DNA of 63,031 nucleotides, the filler included, from Neoconidiobolus thromboides FSU 785 (lineage: Eukaryota; Fungi; Entomophthoromycota): assembly GCA_025603075.1 (NCBI GenBank). It is 3 parts of 3 records of this genome, joined end to end, with 100 filler letters (N's around TTAATTAATTAA, not from the genome) between each part and the next. Parts side by side here need not be neighbours in the genome. Positions count along the whole stretch, not along the records: positions 46,585 to 63,031 come from MU626591.1; 2 more parts are not named here. The stretch is one strand, 5' to 3'. A program made the translations under genes and the position numbers. Below are positions 61,039 to 63,031 of this stretch, one piece after another (positions within the stretch are counted from its first letter, which is position 1; each line of letters starts with the position of its first letter). The notes beneath the pieces are model-generated. The model saw only the letters and a program-made list of their open reading frames with translations. It was not told the DNA's origin and made no database searches.

Positions 61039-62605
61039 ATATAACCATTATTAACTCTATTCTTACTTTTAAAAATATCATAGTCATTTATTTCTTATCT
61101 CTAATAAATTTATTATTTTAATTATTTATTTAATATTTAACTATTTTATATTAAAACTACTTGAGCACCAGCTCACTCTAAACTTACGTTTTCATCAAAA
61201 TTGAATTGAAACTATACAATTAATACCTAATGCTTCCTTTTTATGCCTTTAATGGTCAAATTACTTTAATATTCTGGATTTTTTAGCTAGTTTTATTATT
61301 TTTTTAATCGGACCTTTATTATCTTTTATTATTATACTTTATTTTGTTTAATTTTAGTCAGAGCTATTATGTAAGTATTTTTCATCAGCCTTATTAAATT
61401 CAAGTTTTGTATATAGTCTAGTTGTAAAAATGTATAGGAAATAAGAAGAGTTATTTGGCAGAATACACCTGTACAGAAAGCAACTCTGGATAGTATGAAA
61501 TATTTTTTTAAAATGACCAATTTATAGCTTTTGTTCATTGCTAAGTTATTTTAGAAAACACATGTCCAAGGCAATATCTATTGAAATGTTATTTTATAAA
61601 TGTTTATTATTTTTTTATTTAGTTTAATTTTCAATTCGACTATTATAGAAAAACTCGGGTTTTTACAAGGTCAATAGAAACATTTGTAAATTGGTTGTAT
61701 ACCAAATAAAGATTAGTTTGCTATGTAAGTAGCAATCATAATCGAAACCATTTGACTTTACTCTTAAATATCTTAATAAAAAATCATATTATTCAAACAT
61801 TAAAATATTTCATCTCATAATAACAATTCACTGAGCCCATTATTTATAAGATCCTTTAATTCTTGACTATAAATATAAAATTAGATAAATGTTTGATATA
61901 CTAATCCTAAAACTTAATCTATAAACTATACAATAAAAAGTAAGACACCAAAATATCGATATTTTGCTCTTAAACATTAGAAATTATCACCTTGCTTTAC
62001 TAAATATTCAAAAGGATTGAGCTATTATATCAAGTTTTATATAATTATTCAATATTTATCATTTATAAGACATTTTTTGCTTTATGTTTCTAAATGGAGT
62101 AAAAAGTTCATTAGTACTTTTATCAAAGAGGGTGTTAAAGTAAGTATTATTTTGTGGTAGCTCACATTAATAAATTAAAACAGATACAACGAAATTAGGA
62201 TATATAATATTAGTCATATGTACTTCTTTGAATCACATTACTAATTAGAACTGTTTAAAATAGAGGGATTACATTAATAATAATCTAATTTTAGGATCAA
62301 GAAAAAAGGATACATAGTTCATGACCAATTCATTTTATAAATGAGTTGGGTCAAAGGGCTGTTTTATGCTGAATATAAAGATCATGAAAATAAAAACAAA
62401 AATAGCTGAGGATGTTCAATTAGATATTTACTAATTATATTTATTTTAGTTTACTTAAAATAATCATACCTTTTACATTAATGTATAATAGACTATATAC
62501 TATTGATTTTCCTATTTAACATAAAATCAAAATCAAAGTTATCAAATACAAAAAACTATATAAAGGATAAAACTATAAAAAATATTATCAGAAATTGCTT
62601 AAAAG

Positions 62606-63031
62606 ATGAGACTCACATCTATTGCTTTTGCTACTTTAACTATTATTGCTTCAGTTCTCTCTAGCCCATCTACTAAAGCTATTTATACTGATCAAAAAGT
62701 TATTCAATTTAAAACTAATGCAAAAATAAACCCAGTTCTTGATCAAATTGATGTTTGGGCTCAAACTGAAGATTCTGTCAGTGCTCGTGTCACCCCTTCT
62801 CAATTAGCTTCATTAAAGAAAGCTAATGGTGGTTCTTTAGAATACAAGACTCTGATTGAGGATTTACAAAGTCAAATTTATGATTCATTTTCACAAATTG
62901 AATCGAAAACTGCTAGCGCCGATTGGTTCTCTAATTATCATACTTATGAAGATATCAAAACTTGGTATTCCACTTTAGCCTCATCTAATTCAGATGCAGT
63001 TAAATTTGTCCCATCTATTGGTAAAACTAAT
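62606..63031 (+). CDS. Secreted M14A metallocarboxypeptidase, 5' part (open to the window end; missing from the ORF track)
   Basis: MRLTSIAFATLTIIASVLS signal; prodomain ending YKTLIEDLQSQI; mature start DWFSNYHTYEDIKTWYSTLAS..FVPSIGKT, matching the carboxypeptidase A-type YH..EI..W..L…SIGKT pattern. Confidence 0.85.
   Translation, partial: MRLTSIAFATLTIIASVLSSPSTKAIYTDQKVIQFKTNAKINPVLDQIDVWAQTEDSVSARVTPSQLASLKKANGGSLEYKTLIEDLQSQIYDSFSQIESKTASADWFSNYHTYEDIKTWYSTLASSNSDAVKFVPSIGKTN

Overview
This is very AT-rich eukaryotic (fungal) DNA in three contigs (1-19952, 20053-46484, 46585-63031), joined by two identical 100-nt spacers (N44-TTAATTAATTAA-N44), so physical adjacency of the contigs is not shown. 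Gene content (EF-3, short GT-AG introns, intronless F-box, secreted subtilisin and carboxypeptidases, membrane-anchored UGTs) suggests an early-diverging fungus such as Conidiobolus/Entomophthoromycotina; this is inference only. Contig 1 is gene-dense and mostly housekeeping and intron-rich: EF-3 3' end, dynein intermediate chain, a small mitochondrial-type protein, GST, parvulin, RhoGAP, MED9, a divergent ASF1, a dead Clr4/SUV39-like SET gene and a second inverted EF-3 3' end. Contigs 2-3 are gene-sparse accessory DNA with intronless genes: three 569-aa UGTs plus a pseudogene, an F-box gene, small Cys-rich secreted proteins, tRNA-Thr, a subtilisin, a Tyr/Asp/Asn/Lys-rich secreted protein plus its pseudogene, an amidase pseudogene and two M14 carboxypeptidases. 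The main unexplained structure is inverted symmetry at every scale. Two inverted paralog pairs (EF-3, carboxypeptidase) have identical coding DNA but divergent flanks. A roughly 95-bp MITE family has 17 copies with GRG..CYC-type ends and 4-bp AWWT-like target duplications, including a nested fold-back dimer and two micro-inverted copies. There are also two 1-2 kb regions bounded by long inverted repeats.
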